Counted from the stretch's first letter, positions 48,395 through 58,654 are shown. The stretch is 64,000 nt of DNA from Candidatus Tepidifontimicrobium thermophilum (GCA_031459915.1 JAVKHO010000014.1:16934-80933); one strand, 5' to 3'. Numbers and translations: made by a program. Notes: a model not told the origin generated them from the letters alone.

Positions 48395-51300
48395 TCACCG
48401 GAAGTCCCGACTGCGGACGCGCGCGGGCCGTGTCCGGGAAGGTGACCAGAACCGCTCCGCCACCAGGTGCACCACGCCGTCCTCCACCTGCAGGCGGCCG
48501 GTGACGCCCAGGAACGAGGCGGTGGTGGCCAGCAGCCGGTACCGCTCGAACACGTCGCGCCAGGCGACCACGTTCACGAACCCCGTCTCGTCCTCCAGGG
48601 TCAAGAACCGCACTCCTCCCGCGCGCTCCGGTGCCTGCCGGCAGATCACCAGCCCCGCGTACCGCACCCGTACGCCGTCCCGCATCGTGGCTACCGTCTG
48701 CGCGTCCGGGAGGCCCTGTTCTGTGAGCCACGGACGCAGGGGCTGCAGGGGGTGGCCGCGGGCGCTGTGGTCGGTGGCCTCGTAGTCCCACCGGATGGCC
48801 TCCAGCAGCGACAGGGGCTCGAAGGCCACGGGGTCCTCCGGTACGTCGGCGGGAAGCGCGTCGCCCTTCCTCCGCAGCAGCGCCCGCACCTCCCACAGCG
48901 CTTCCCGTCGGCTGAGCCCGAAGCCCGAAAACGCGTCCGCCTCCGCGAGGCTCAGCAGCGGCCGGCGGCCCAACCCCGTACGCCGCACGAACTCCCCCAG
49001 CGACCGCCACCCGCCCTCTGCGCGCGAGTTCAGGATGCGCCGCCCGTCCTGCTCCCCGAGCCCCTTCACGTACCGCAGCCCCACCCGCACCGCGAGCCCG
49101 TCCCGGCTGTGGGCACACGGCTCGAGGGTGCAGTCCCAGTCGCTGCGCAGCACGTCCACGGGACGGACCACCACCCCGTGCCGGCGCGCGTCGTCCACGA
49201 GGGTGTGCACCGCGTAGAAGCCCATGGGCTGTGCGTTCAGCAGGGCGCAGACGAACTCCGGGAGGAAGTGGCAGCGCAGGTACGCGGTCGCGTACGCGAT
49301 GAGGGCGAAGCTGGCCGCGTGGGACTCCGGGAAGCCGTACGAACCGAACCCCTGGATCTGCCGGAACACCCGCTCCGCGAACTCCGGCGGGATCCCCCGC
49401 TCCACCATCCCCGCGATCAACCGCTGCCGGTGCCGTTCCAGCCGTCCGCTGCGCTGCCAGGCACCGAGATCTCGCCGGAGCTGGTCTGCTTCTCCGGGAG
49501 TGTAGCCCGCGGCCACCACCGCCAGCCGGATCACCTGCTCCTGGAACAGGGGCACGCCCAACGTCTTCTCCAGCACGGGGACCAGACACGGGTGGGGGTA
49601 CGTGACGGGTTCCAGCCCCTGGCGGCGGCGCAGGTACGCCTCCAGCATCCCGCCCTCGATGGGTCCGGGCCGGATGATGGCCACCTGGACCACCAGGTCG
49701 TAGTAGTTCCGGGGCTGCAGCCGCGGGGCGATGGCCATCTGCGCGCGGCTCTCGATCTGAAACACGCCCACGGTGTCCTGCCGGCGGATCATCTCGAAGG
49801 TGTCGGGGTCGTCGGGGGGGATCCGGTCCAACCCCACCTCCACTCCCCGGTGCTCCCGCACCAGCTTCGTGCACCGGTCCAGCAGGGTGAGCCCGCCCAG
49901 CCCCAGCAGGTCCACCTTGAACAGGCCCAGGGCTTCCAGGTCGGACTTGTCCCACTGCACCACGGTGCGGCCCGGCATGGCCGCGTTCTCCACGGGCACC
50001 AGGTCGCACACGGGCTCGCTGCCCAGCAGGAAGCCGCCGGGATGGATGGAGAGGTGGCGGGGAAACCCCACCAGCTCCGCGGTCAGGGAAGAGAGGTGAC
50101 GGTACACGGGCGCTTCCGGGTCCAACCCGGCCTCCCGCAGCACCCCGGGGGACAGCTCCCCGTGCAGGTCCACCAGCTTGCTGAGCCGGTCCACCGTCAC
50201 CAGCGGCACTCCCAGCACCTTGCCCACGTCGCGCAGCGCGGAGCGGATCCGGTAGCGGATCTTGTTGGCCACCATGGCCGCCCGTTCCCGCCCGTACTTG
50301 CGGTACATCCACTGGATCACTTCCTCGCGGCGGTCGTGCTGGATGTCCAGGTCGATGTCGGGAGGCTCCGCGCGCTCCCGCGACAGGAACCGCTCGAACA
50401 GCAGCTCCATGCGGACCGGGTCCACCGCGGTGATCCCCAGACAGTAGCACACCGCGGAGTTGGCGGCAGACCCCCTCCCCTGGCACAGGATCCCCTGGCT
50501 GTGGCAGAAGGCCACCAGGTCGTGCACGGTGAGGAAGTAGCCCACGTAGTCCAGCTCCTCGATGAGTGCCAGCTCCCGTTCCAGCTGCGCGACCACCTCG
50601 GGGGGGACGGACCCGCCGTAGCGCCTGCGTGCGCCTTCGAAGGTGAGCTGCCGGAGCCACTGCCCGGAGGTGTAGCCTTCCGGCAGCCACTCGGACGGGT
50701 ACCGGTAACGCAGCTCCCGCAGGGAGAACGAGCACCGCTCCACGACCTCCAGGGTCCGCCGCACGGAGACGGGGTCGTCCAAAAACAGCGCGGCAAACTC
50801 CTCCCCCGACTTCAGGGCGTGCTCCGCGTTGGGCCGGATGCGCCGCCCGGCCTCCGCCAGCGTGACGCCCCACCGCACGCAGGTCAGCACGTCCTGCAGG
50901 GGCTGGCGCGCGGGGGTGTGGTACAGGACCTCGGAGCCGGCCACCGTGGGGGCCCCGTAGCGGGAAGCGAGCTGGCGGGTGCGGGCCTCCACCACCGCGT
51001 CGGAGAACCGACGGTGGCGGGCCACCAGCAGGTACAGGCGGTCTGAAAACGCGTCGCGGAGCACGCCGGCCACGGCGTGCGGGTCTTCCCCGGAAGCTAG
51101 CAGGCTCCCCTCCCCGCCCCACAGGGCTACCAGCCCTGCGGCGCGCTCGCACACCTCCTCCCAGGTGACCTCGCTGCTTCCTTTTTGGGACCGCAGGCGT
51201 CCGCGCGTCAGCAACCGGCACAGGTTCCGGTACCCTTCCCGGTCCTGGGCCAGGAGGATCACGTGGGTGCCGTCGCACACCGACACCTGGGCGCCCACCA

Positions 51301-51481
51301 CCAGGTGCAGGCCCACCTCCTCCGCGGCCAGCAGCGCCTCCACCGCGCCGTACACCCCGTCGCGGTCCGTGAGGGCGAGGGCAGGGAGGCCGAGCTCGTG
51401 CGCGGTCCGTACCAGCTCCTCCGGGTGGCTGGCGCCCTCCAGGAAGGAGTGGTTGCTCTTGCACCAGAGGGGTGCGTACAC
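48395..51481 (-). CDS. dnaE2: Error-prone DNA polymerase DnaE2 (ImuC)
   Basis: SFLEGASHPEEL, GRGSAANS, PPDIDLD, HLSIHPGG, QIESRAQ, FPESHA, C-terminal SRDFR signature. Confidence 0.97.
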   Translation of the reverse strand: MYAPLWCKSNHSFLEGASHPEELVRTAHELGLPALALTDRDGVYGAVEALLAAEEVGLHLVVGAQVSVCDGTHVILLAQDREGYRNLCRLLTRGRLRSQKGSSEVTWEEVCERAAGLVALWGGEGSLLASGEDPHAVAGVLRDAFSDRLYLLVARHRRFSDAVVEARTRQLASRYGAPTVAGSEVLYHTPARQPLQDVLTCVRWGVTLAEAGRRIRPNAEHALKSGEEFAALFLDDPVSVRRTLEVVERCSFSLRELRYRYPSEWLPEGYTSGQWLRQLTFEGARRRYGGSVPPEVVAQLERELALIEELDYVGYFLTVHDLVAFCHSQGILCQGRGSAANSAVCYCLGITAVDPVRMELLFERFLSRERAEPPDIDLDIQHDRREEVIQWMYRKYGRERAAMVANKIRYRIRSALRDVGKVLGVPLVTVDRLSKLVDLHGELSPGVLREAGLDPEAPVYRHLSSLTAELVGFPRHLSIHPGGFLLGSEPVCDLVPVENAAMPGRTVVQWDKSDLEALGLFKVDLLGLGGLTLLDRCTKLVREHRGVEVGLDRIPPDDPDTFEMIRRQDTVGVFQIESRAQMAIAPRLQPRNYYDLVVQVAIIRPGPIEGGMLEAYLRRRQGLEPVTYPHPCLVPVLEKTLGVPLFQEQVIRLAVVAAGYTPGEADQLRRDLGAWQRSGRLERHRQRLIAGMVERGIPPEFAERVFRQIQGFGSYGFPESHAASFALIAYATAYLRCHFLPEFVCALLNAQPMGFYAVHTLVDDARRHGVVVRPVDVLRSDWDCTLEPCAHSRDGLAVRVGLRYVKGLGEQDGRRILNSRAEGGWRSLGEFVRRTGLGRRPLLSLAEADAFSGFGLSRREALWEVRALLRRKGDALPADVPEDPVAFEPLSLLEAIRWDYEATDHSARGHPLQPLRPWLTEQGLPDAQTVATMRDGVRVRYAGLVICRQAPERAGGVRFLTLEDETGFVNVVAWRDVFERYRLLATTASFLGVTGRLQVEDGVVHLVAERFWSPSRTRPARVRSRDFR

Positions 51482-51482
51482 T

Positions 51483-52919
51483 TCACTCTACCCGTCCCTG
51501 CAGGAACCACCGGCGCCTGCGGTGGTCGTAGTACACCCACAGGAGCTCGCCCGCCTCGGTCTCCAGGAAGTAGTAGGACCGGTGCACGCGCCGCACCCAC
51601 CACCCTCCCGCGACCTCCTCCGGGCCGAAGGCCGCCCGGTGGGCGGGCAGCGCGTCCAGGGGAACCGGTTTGCGGTACACCCGGCGGACCAGGATGGGCT
51701 CTGAAGCCACCAGGCGCCTGGGCGGCCGGACACGGTCTGTGGGAACCCATCCGTAGCGGGCTTCCGGGAGGTGCCCGTCGCGCAGCACCGCCCGGACCAC
51801 AGAGCCGTCTCCGAACTCCGCCCGCAGGCGGGCCAGGGCGCGTGCGGCTTCCTCGGGGTCCCGCCGGGCCACGGGCACGGCCCGTAGTTGCTCGGGTCCG
51901 GCCCTTGTCCCCCGAACCCGCACCCGCGCTTCCACCACCCCTGCTTCCCAGGGCAGGGAGCTCAGCCGCAGCCGTACGAGGTCGGCGAGTTGCGAGGAGT
52001 CCAGGGTGGGGGTTGCAGGACGGACCTCGGTGACCATCAGCCGACCGTTCTGTTGCTGCAGGGACAGCTCTACAGCGGAGGCTGCCTCCCCGCGCCGCGC
52101 CAGGGTCTGCAGCAGGGGGTCCAGGGTGTTTTTGATCGCGAATACCAGGCGCACGAGGTCGGACTCCGGCGCGTCCAGCACCACCTGACGCACCAGCTCT
52201 TCCCGCTGGACCTTCGGCCGCAGGGGGTCAAAGACGCTCGCCGTGGCCAGCCGGCGCACCTCTGCTACCGGGTGGCCGAACCGCTCCCGCAGCCCCACCT
52301 CCGGGAGGGCCCGCAGGTCCTGCACCGTACGCACCCCGAGTTTTTCCAGGGCCTCCACCCCCTCGGGGTCAAGCTCCAGCTCCCACAACCGCACCCGGCC
52401 CGCGGCCGTGTATTCCTCCTCTGGGGAAGAGAACACCTTCACCCCCCGGCACGCCCTCGCCACCGCGTACGTCCCGAACCGGGAAAACCCCACCACCACT
52501 GTGGCTTCCCACCCGGCCCGCGCCAGCTCCCCCCGCAGGCTGGCGGCCCACCCCTCCAGCGACGGGTGCAGCAGCTCCAGGCCTGAAGCGTCCAGCCAGA
52601 AGGTGCCGGGGGGATCGGCACGCTCCACCCGCGGGCTGTGCCGGTACAACCCCTCGGCCACGGCCTCCACCTCCCTACCCACCTCCTGGAGGGTCACCAC
52701 CCCGACCCGCAGGGTGGGCAACAGCGCCAGGGCGGTGGCGTACGCCAGCCCGGGGAACACCCCGGCGCGGCGGGCCTCGTCGTTCACCCACACCAGGCGC
52801 GCGCGGGGCCTGTCCTCCTCCGCCACCGCTGCGGGGTACCCTTTCCACTCCGGGTGGTGACGGAGGAGCACCTGGAGGGGGAAAGCCGGGAGGCTAACGC
52901 ACGCCAGCCGGGCCGACAT
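51483..52919 (-). CDS. imuB: ImuB (inactive Y-family polymerase-like)
   Basis: FPLQ, TFWLDASG without catalytic acidic pair, HLPE, GPE..GGWW..RSYY..W.Y; between imuA and dnaE2. Confidence 0.9.
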   Translation of the reverse strand: MSARLACVSLPAFPLQVLLRHHPEWKGYPAAVAEEDRPRARLVWVNDEARRAGVFPGLAYATALALLPTLRVGVVTLQEVGREVEAVAEGLYRHSPRVERADPPGTFWLDASGLELLHPSLEGWAASLRGELARAGWEATVVVGFSRFGTYAVARACRGVKVFSSPEEEYTAAGRVRLWELELDPEGVEALEKLGVRTVQDLRALPEVGLRERFGHPVAEVRRLATASVFDPLRPKVQREELVRQVVLDAPESDLVRLVFAIKNTLDPLLQTLARRGEAASAVELSLQQQNGRLMVTEVRPATPTLDSSQLADLVRLRLSSLPWEAGVVEARVRVRGTRAGPEQLRAVPVARRDPEEAARALARLRAEFGDGSVVRAVLRDGHLPEARYGWVPTDRVRPPRRLVASEPILVRRVYRKPVPLDALPAHRAAFGPEEVAGGWWVRRVHRSYYFLETEAGELLWVYYDHRRRRWFLQGRVE

Positions 52920-53493
52920 AGTGCTTCCGGAACGTCCAGCCCGTCCCGCGGCGCTTGTCCCGCAGGGGGTGGAGCGTACACGCGAACCCCCCGGGTGTGG
53001 TCCTCTCCCTGTCGGTATGCGCCCGAAGCGACACCAGCGGACTCAGGGAGGGAGCCCCCACGGGTGTCCGGGTAAGGCACACCACCGCGACCTCGTGACG
53101 CTGCGCGAGTGCGACCAGCCGGCTTTGGACGGCCAGAGGGACTTCGGCGTCCGCGGTGAGGTCCAGCACCACCAGCCCGAACCCACCGGAGCGTACCAGG
53201 CGATCCGCGGCGCGCGCGGCTGCTTGGGCGTCCTGCACCCGTACCACCACCAGGGAATCCAGGTCCACCCCGGACGCGGCAGCGTCGGGCGGGTAGAAGT
53301 CGCTGTCCACCGAAACCCAGGCCACCGGCTCGCCAGCCCTCTGGGCGTCCGCCACCAGCTCCGTGGCCAGGGTCAGGACAGCACTCCCTGAGAGCTGGAC
53401 CAGGCGGCCACACACCTCCTCGAAGCTCCAGGTGCCGCCCCCCTCCGGCAGGGGCCGCGGAGAGGACAGAACCCCTAGGGTCGCGTCGCGCAC
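52894..53493 (-). CDS. imuA: ImuA (RecA-like, degenerate Walker A)
   Basis: GRLVQLSG, FYPPDAAASGVDL, LVRSGGFGLVVLD, SLSPLVSLR. Start uncertain; GTG 53493 chosen because ATG 53571 lies inside the promoter. Confidence 0.85.
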   Translation of the reverse strand: MRDATLGVLSSPRPLPEGGGTWSFEEVCGRLVQLSGSAVLTLATELVADAQRAGEPVAWVSVDSDFYPPDAAASGVDLDSLVVVRVQDAQAAARAADRLVRSGGFGLVVLDLTADAEVPLAVQSRLVALAQRHEVAVVCLTRTPVGAPSLSPLVSLRAHTDRERTTPGGFACTLHPLRDKRRGTGWTFRKHYVGPAGVR

Positions 53494-53561
53494 GAAGGTC
53501 TCACCGTCCAGGGCGCCGGTGCGTTTGGGGTGGCGTGGTGGGCAGCGCCCCGAGTCAGTTA

Positions 53562-53591
53562 TAGCGTACATGTGTTCGACTTAGGAGTCAA
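53562..53591 (-). promoter_or_regulatory. SOS promoter with LexA (Cheo-type) box
   Basis: Minus strand TTGACT-N17-TACGCT with CGAAC-ACAT-GTACG (53565-53578) overlapping the spacer and -10. Confidence 0.8.
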
Positions 53592-53638
53592 GCTCTTCCC
53601 CTGGGTAGGGGCGCACTCGGAGCCAGGGGTTCCGCGTT

Positions 53639-54781
53639 CTAACGGGACCGCGTGCAGCCCGTCAGCAGCTCGTAAAAGACCCGCGTCGCGGCCTCCACCT
53701 GGTCCAGAGGCACCGACTCCGAGGCGGTGTGCGCCTCGGCGGCGGAACCCGGTCCGAACACCACGCAAGGAACCCCTGCCTGTGCCACGTGGCCGGCGTC
53801 GGTGGCGTACGGCGCCCCAACGTGTACCGCCTCTCCCACGACGGCGCGCACCGCTTGCGCCAGCGCCCGGACGACCCAGGCCTCCTCCGGGGTCTCCATC
53901 CCCGGTGCCAGAAGGTAAGGAGGCTCGAACTCCACCGCACCCGGGAAACTCGCCGCCTCCTGGCTCGACAGCACGAGCTCCCGCAGAGACCTCCACACGG
54001 CTTGCCCGTCCTCCTGAGGGAGGAGCCTGCGGTCCACGTGCACCTGACATCGGTCGGGAACGGTGTTGCGCCCTGTGCCGCCGTGGATCTCGGTCACGCA
54101 CACCGTGGGAGCGCCCAGCACGGGGTGGTGAGGCCGGGGTTCAGGCACCTGCGAGAGCAGCGGGAGGATCCGGGCCATCCCCTCGATGGCGTTCACGCCC
54201 AGTTCGGGAGTGGCGCTGTGGGCCGCGCGGCCGGTGGTCCGCACGTAGAAGCGCACCACCCCCTTGTGCGCGGTCACCAGCCGCAGGTCCGTGGGCTCCC
54301 CGAACACCGCGCCGTCCAGGTGCACCCCTGACGCGGCCAGAGCCCTGGAGCCCGCGAACCCCACCTCCTCGTCCACCAGGGCCGCAAACAGCACCCGGCA
54401 ACAAAGCTGTCCGGACCGCACGGCTTCCTGCAGCGCTCCCAGCATGGCGGCGATCGACGCCTTCGTGTCGCAGGCTCCCCGGCCGAAAAGCCTCCCGTCC
54501 CGCACCTCGCCGGCGAACGGGGCCACCGTCATCCCCGTGGCCTGCACGGTGTCCAGGTGGGCGGAAAGCAGCAGCCGGGGGCCCTCACCGCCGAGCTCCG
54601 CCAGCACGTTCGGACGGCCCGGCAGCACCTCCACCAGCCGCACGTCCGCGCCCACGTCCCGCAGGTAGTCCGCCACCCGGCGGGCGAGCTCCCCTTCCCC
54701 GGTGCCGTCCGGGTACACCGGGTTCACGCTCGGCACCGAGACAAGCTCGCGCAAGAGGTCCACGGTCTCGCGGAAGTCCAC
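53639..54781 (-). CDS. M20 family deacylase (ArgE/DapE-like)
   Basis: SAHLDTV, GRGACDTK, DEE, GEPT, AHKG, GRAAHS, ATDA, FGPG..AHT. Confidence 0.92.
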   Translation of the reverse strand: MDFRETVDLLRELVSVPSVNPVYPDGTGEGELARRVADYLRDVGADVRLVEVLPGRPNVLAELGGEGPRLLLSAHLDTVQATGMTVAPFAGEVRDGRLFGRGACDTKASIAAMLGALQEAVRSGQLCCRVLFAALVDEEVGFAGSRALAASGVHLDGAVFGEPTDLRLVTAHKGVVRFYVRTTGRAAHSATPELGVNAIEGMARILPLLSQVPEPRPHHPVLGAPTVCVTEIHGGTGRNTVPDRCQVHVDRRLLPQEDGQAVWRSLRELVLSSQEAASFPGAVEFEPPYLLAPGMETPEEAWVVRALAQAVRAVVGEAVHVGAPYATDAGHVAQAGVPCVVFGPGSAAEAHTASESVPLDQVEAATRVFYELLTGCTRSR

Positions 54782-54850
54782 GGTCCCTCCTTAGTTCGGG
54801 GTTCGGCGGTCTCGGATTCGGGCAACAACGTCAGGCCGCCCGCACCGGGC

Positions 54851-55498
54851 CTACAGGCCCACGAAACGGACGCCGACCGCCTTCCGCCGGTACCTCCGGT
54901 TCAGCGCCACCACCAGGGCCGCCAGCCGCTCCAGGGTGCCGGCCTGGTCCAGCCCTCCCGCGTCCACCGCCCGCAGCCCCAGAGCCTTTGCCAGCTCCAC
55001 CACCCTCTCCTTGGCGTGCGGATCGTCCCCGCAGACCAGGGTGTCCTCCTCCAGCTCCCGGCCCAGCTGCCCGAGCTTGTAGGCCGAAACCGTGTGGAAC
55101 GCGGCCACCACCTTCGCCTCCGGCAACAGCGCCTGCACCCGCTGCGCCGTAGAACCCTCTTCGGGTACCGCCAACTCCGTTGGATCCAGGCTCCGGAGCG
55201 CCACGGTGGTGTCCACCACGACCTTGCCGCGGACCGCAGGGCGGATCTGAGGGAGGATGTCGGCGTGGCCGTGGAACGGCACCGCCAGCACCACCACCTC
55301 GCCCTGCTCCGCCGCCTGCTGGTTCGTGCCCCCGAACACCGTTCCCAGCAGGCCAAGCGACCGCGCCCGATGGGCGGCCTCGAGGCCTCGCTCTTTCACG
55401 CGGGAGCCCAGGACCACGCTGAGCCCCGCGGCCGCCCACCGCGTCCCCAGGGCGAAGCCCTCCTGCCCGGTGCCGCCTACAATCCCCACGTCCGCCAA
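54851..55498 (-). CDS. NADPH-dependent F420 reductase (FNO/NpdG family)
   Basis: GGTGQEG.AL..RW, GSR, AVPF, VPEEGS, AAFHTVSA, CGDD, LNRRY; TTG start with GAGG RBS. Confidence 0.88.
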   Translation of the reverse strand: MADVGIVGGTGQEGFALGTRWAAAGLSVVLGSRVKERGLEAAHRARSLGLLGTVFGGTNQQAAEQGEVVVLAVPFHGHADILPQIRPAVRGKVVVDTTVALRSLDPTELAVPEEGSTAQRVQALLPEAKVVAAFHTVSAYKLGQLGRELEEDTLVCGDDPHAKERVVELAKALGLRAVDAGGLDQAGTLERLAALVVALNRRYRRKAVGVRFVGL

Positions 55499-55572
55499 AG
55501 GGACCTCCCTCGGTGGGGGCTGCGGCCGCAACCCGGCGGCAGGGCAGGCAGGACGGGCGGAAAGTCAATCGG

Positions 55573-55648
55573 TGGGGTGGCCGACGGGACTTGAACCCGC
55601 AACCCCCAGAGCCACAGTCTGGTGCTCTGCCCTTGAGCTACGGCCACC
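55573..55648 (-). tRNA. tRNA-His (GTG)
   Basis: Cloverleaf G-1 GTGGCCG..CGGCCAC C CCA, anticodon loop CTGTGGC, T-loop GTTCAAG; encoded CCA. Confidence 0.97.
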
Positions 55649-55829
55649 GCGACCGCAAGCATTATAGGACAGCCCGGCGCCGACTGTCTTGGGGTCGGTG
55701 TTTCGCGCCCGTCGAGCCCGCTCCCAGAAGGCCTCGCGACGTGCCTGGCGCCGCGGCCCGGGCCTTAGTTAGGTCGACCACCGTAGCGGGCCGTTTCCGG
55801 CCGCGCACCTGGTACCGGCTCGGCGACCG

Positions 55830-56228
55830 TCAGGGGACCTCCAGCTGGGCGCTGGCGGAACCGTCGCTGCGGATAGAAAGGCGCCACCGCCGGCCCTGGT
55901 TCTGGGTGCGGCCGTGGGCGTACACCGCGATCTCCAGCGCGCTCACCCGACGGAGGGTGTAGGTCCAGTTCCGGGTCGGCCGCAGGTCCAGGTCGGAGGC
56001 GGTGACCCACGTGAAGAGGTTGCCGTGGCTTTCCAGGTACTGCTTGGCCCGCCGCTGGATTTCGCCAAACCGCGCAAGGGCTTCCCCGTCGAAGGCGCTG
56101 CGCACCTCCGGCGGCGGCGTGTTGGTCTCCGGGCGCTGCAGCCTGCCTGAAAGGACGAGGAAGGCCACGAGGGCCAGGATCGCCAGCGACAGCAGGAGTT
56201 CCGTGGTGGACAGTCCCCGGTCCCTCAC
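55830..56228 (-). CDS. Pilin-like protein (class III-like signal peptide)
   Basis: MRDRG|LSTTELLLSLAILALVAFLVL; GGAGGAGG RBS; resembles the pilin at 32397-32771. Confidence 0.75.
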   Translation of the reverse strand: MRDRGLSTTELLLSLAILALVAFLVLSGRLQRPETNTPPPEVRSAFDGEALARFGEIQRRAKQYLESHGNLFTWVTASDLDLRPTRNWTYTLRRVSALEIAVYAHGRTQNQGRRWRLSIRSDGSASAQLEVP

Positions 56229-56251
56229 CCTCCTCCTCCGCCTGTCTGGCC

Positions 56252-57511
56252 TCACCAGCCCAGGGGCGACCGGCTTGCCTCCTGCCGCGACTCTAGCCCC
56301 AGGGCCTCTGTCGCCAGCTGCGCCACGTGGTCCCCGATGGCCAGCGACGCGGTGGCCGCGGGCGACGGCGCGTTCAGGACGTGCACGGCTCCCGGCTGCA
56401 GCACCACGTGGAAGTCGTCCACCAGCGTCCCGTCCGGCGCCACCGCCTGGGCGCGCACGCCGGCACCGTTCCGCACCAGGTCCCGGTCGGCGATCTCCGG
56501 CACGAGCTTCCGGACCGAACGGGCGAATTCCCTCCGGCACCACGACCGGTACTGCTCGTACACGCCCGCCCTCCAGTAGCGCCGGACCAGCCACCAGAAC
56601 CCGGAGTACCCCAGCGTCTCCCGCGCGTCCCGAAGGCGGAAGGCGCGCGGGCGGTAGCCTTCGCGCGCCCACGCCAAGACAGCGTTGGGCCCTGCTTCCA
56701 CCTCGCCGTGGACGGTGCGCGTCAGGTGCACTCCGAGGAACGGAAAGCGAGGGTCGGGCACCGGGTAGATGAGCCCCTTGACGAGGGGCCGGGACTCCGG
56801 TCGGAGCACGTAGTACTCGCCTCGGAAGGGCACGATCCGGACTCCAGGCCGGGCCCCCAGGAGCCGGGCCACGCGGTCGCTGTGGAGTCCCGCGCAGTTC
56901 AGCACGGTGCGGGCCAACAGCGTCCCCCGCGGGGTGCGCAGCTCGAAACCCTCCGGCCGCCGCCGCGCACCCAGGAACTCGCAGCCCGTGACCACCCGCG
57001 AGCCCGTGGACTCCACCAGGCCTGCCAGGCACACCGCCACCGCCCGGAAGTCCGTGATGGCGGTGGCCGGGGAGTGTACCGCCGCGACGCCCGTCGCGTG
57101 GGGCTCCACCTCCCGCAACTCCTCCGCCCGCAGCCACCGCAGCCCCGGCACCCCGTTGGCCTGACCCCTGTGGAACAGCTCCCGGAGCCGTGGCACCTCG
57201 GTCTCGTCCGTGGCCACGATCACCTTCCCCACGGCCACAAAGGGCAGGCCGTGCTCCTCGCAGAAGTCCCGCAGCCGCCGCGCGCCCTCCACACACAGCC
57301 GGGCCCGCAGCGACCCCGGCCGGTAGTAGATGCCCGCGTGCACGACCCCGCTGTTGTGGGACGTCTGGTGCAGGCCGACCTCCGCTTCCTTCTCCAGGAC
57401 CGCGACCCGCAGGTCCGGCAGCCGACGCAGGAGCGCGTGCGCGCATGCCAGCCCCACGATGCCGCCGCCCACTACCGCCACGTCGCACCGCTCGGGAAGT
57501 TCTGCCGCCAC
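56252..57511 (-). CDS. lhgO: L-2-hydroxyglutarate oxidase/dehydrogenase
   Basis: GGGIVG, HQTSHNSGVVHAGIYY, CAGLHSD, PFRGEY, IYPVPDP.FPFLGVH, GVRAQA, NAPSPAATAS. Confidence 0.93.
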   Translation of the reverse strand: MAAELPERCDVAVVGGGIVGLACAHALLRRLPDLRVAVLEKEAEVGLHQTSHNSGVVHAGIYYRPGSLRARLCVEGARRLRDFCEEHGLPFVAVGKVIVATDETEVPRLRELFHRGQANGVPGLRWLRAEELREVEPHATGVAAVHSPATAITDFRAVAVCLAGLVESTGSRVVTGCEFLGARRRPEGFELRTPRGTLLARTVLNCAGLHSDRVARLLGARPGVRIVPFRGEYYVLRPESRPLVKGLIYPVPDPRFPFLGVHLTRTVHGEVEAGPNAVLAWAREGYRPRAFRLRDARETLGYSGFWWLVRRYWRAGVYEQYRSWCRREFARSVRKLVPEIADRDLVRNGAGVRAQAVAPDGTLVDDFHVVLQPGAVHVLNAPSPAATASLAIGDHVAQLATEALGLESRQEASRSPLGW

Positions 57512-57512
57512 C

Positions 57513-58496
57513 TCAGCCGCCCAGCTCGATCTCGGAGTCGTCTCCCAGGTTCACCCGGGTGGCACGCCCCTCCAGGTACGCCCCCTCACCGATGAGGGAG
57601 CCCTGCAGCACCGCGTTGCGCACCGTGGCGTTCCGGTTCACGATGCTGTCCCGCACCACCGACCGCACCACCCGGGCCCCTTCCGCCACGGACACGTAGG
57701 GCCCCACCACGGATTCCTCGATGACCGCGTTGGGTGCGATGGCCACGGGCGGGTGGACCAGGGCGCCCTCCAGCCGGGGAGCCGGCGGGTTCAGGATGTC
57801 CAGCAGCGCCCGGTTGGCGGCCAGCAGCGCCTCCGGCGTCCCGCAGTCGTACCACTCCTCCACCGGGTAGGTGCGCACCACCGCGCCCGCTTCCACGTAC
57901 AGCTGGAGGGCGTCCGCCAGCCAGTACTCGCCCCGCACCCGGCGGTCCTCGTCGATCAGCCGTTCCAGACACCTCCGGAACAGCGGCGTCTCGTGGATGA
58001 AGTACACGCCCGTGATGGCCAGGTTGCTGCGCGGCTCGTCGGGCTTCTCCACGATCCGGCGGACCCGGCCGTCCGCGTCCAGCTCCACGACCCCGAACCG
58101 CCGCGGGTCTGCCACCTCCCGCACGCCGATGAGGGACACAGGGCTGCGCAGCATGGGCCGGAAGTCCCCGCGGAAGATGGTGTCCCCGAGCATGATGAGC
58201 ACGGGTTCGTCCCGCAGGAACTCCCGCGCCACGTAAATGGCATGCCCGTTCCCCAGCGGCCGCTCCTGACGGACGAAGTGGGCGGGGATCCGGTAGTTCT
58301 CCCGCACGTACGCCTCGATCTTCTCCCCCAGGTGGCCCACCACCAACACCACTTCGTCCACCCCGACCAGCAGCAGCTCGTCCAGGATGTGGCCGAGGAT
58401 GGGCTTGCCTGCCACGGGCATCAGCGCTTTGGGCAGGGTGTACGTGTGGGGGCGGAGCCGGGTCCCGAACCCCGCCACAGGCACGATGGCGCGCAA
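57513..58496 (-). CDS. Sugar-1-phosphate nucleotidyltransferase with C-terminal beta-helix
   Basis: PVAGFGTRLRPHT..PK, LGD, RFGV, VEKP, WYDCG, hexapeptide repeats. Confidence 0.92.
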   Translation of the reverse strand: MRAIVPVAGFGTRLRPHTYTLPKALMPVAGKPILGHILDELLLVGVDEVVLVVGHLGEKIEAYVRENYRIPAHFVRQERPLGNGHAIYVAREFLRDEPVLIMLGDTIFRGDFRPMLRSPVSLIGVREVADPRRFGVVELDADGRVRRIVEKPDEPRSNLAITGVYFIHETPLFRRCLERLIDEDRRVRGEYWLADALQLYVEAGAVVRTYPVEEWYDCGTPEALLAANRALLDILNPPAPRLEGALVHPPVAIAPNAVIEESVVGPYVSVAEGARVVRSVVRDSIVNRNATVRNAVLQGSLIGEGAYLEGRATRVNLGDDSEIELGG

Positions 58497-58654
58497 ACGC
58501 CAGACCTCCTTCCCGCCGCGCGGACCCGCGCGGTCCCTCGCTCAAGGTGTTCTACGGGCAGGGCCTGAAACCTGCGGCGGGCCGCTGCGCGCGGGTGCGG
58601 GCCGTCCGCCGAACCCCGGCAGCCGCAGACACTGGGTTCCGGTACACTGTTGCC

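Noticed and set aside
53494..53571. imuA start at ATG 53571
   Set aside because: That ATG lies inside the LexA box and promoter spacer, upstream of the likely transcription start.
55573..55648. Integrative element at tRNA-His
   Set aside because: No integrase and no duplicated tRNA 3' end noticed; the flanks are ordinary metabolic genes.
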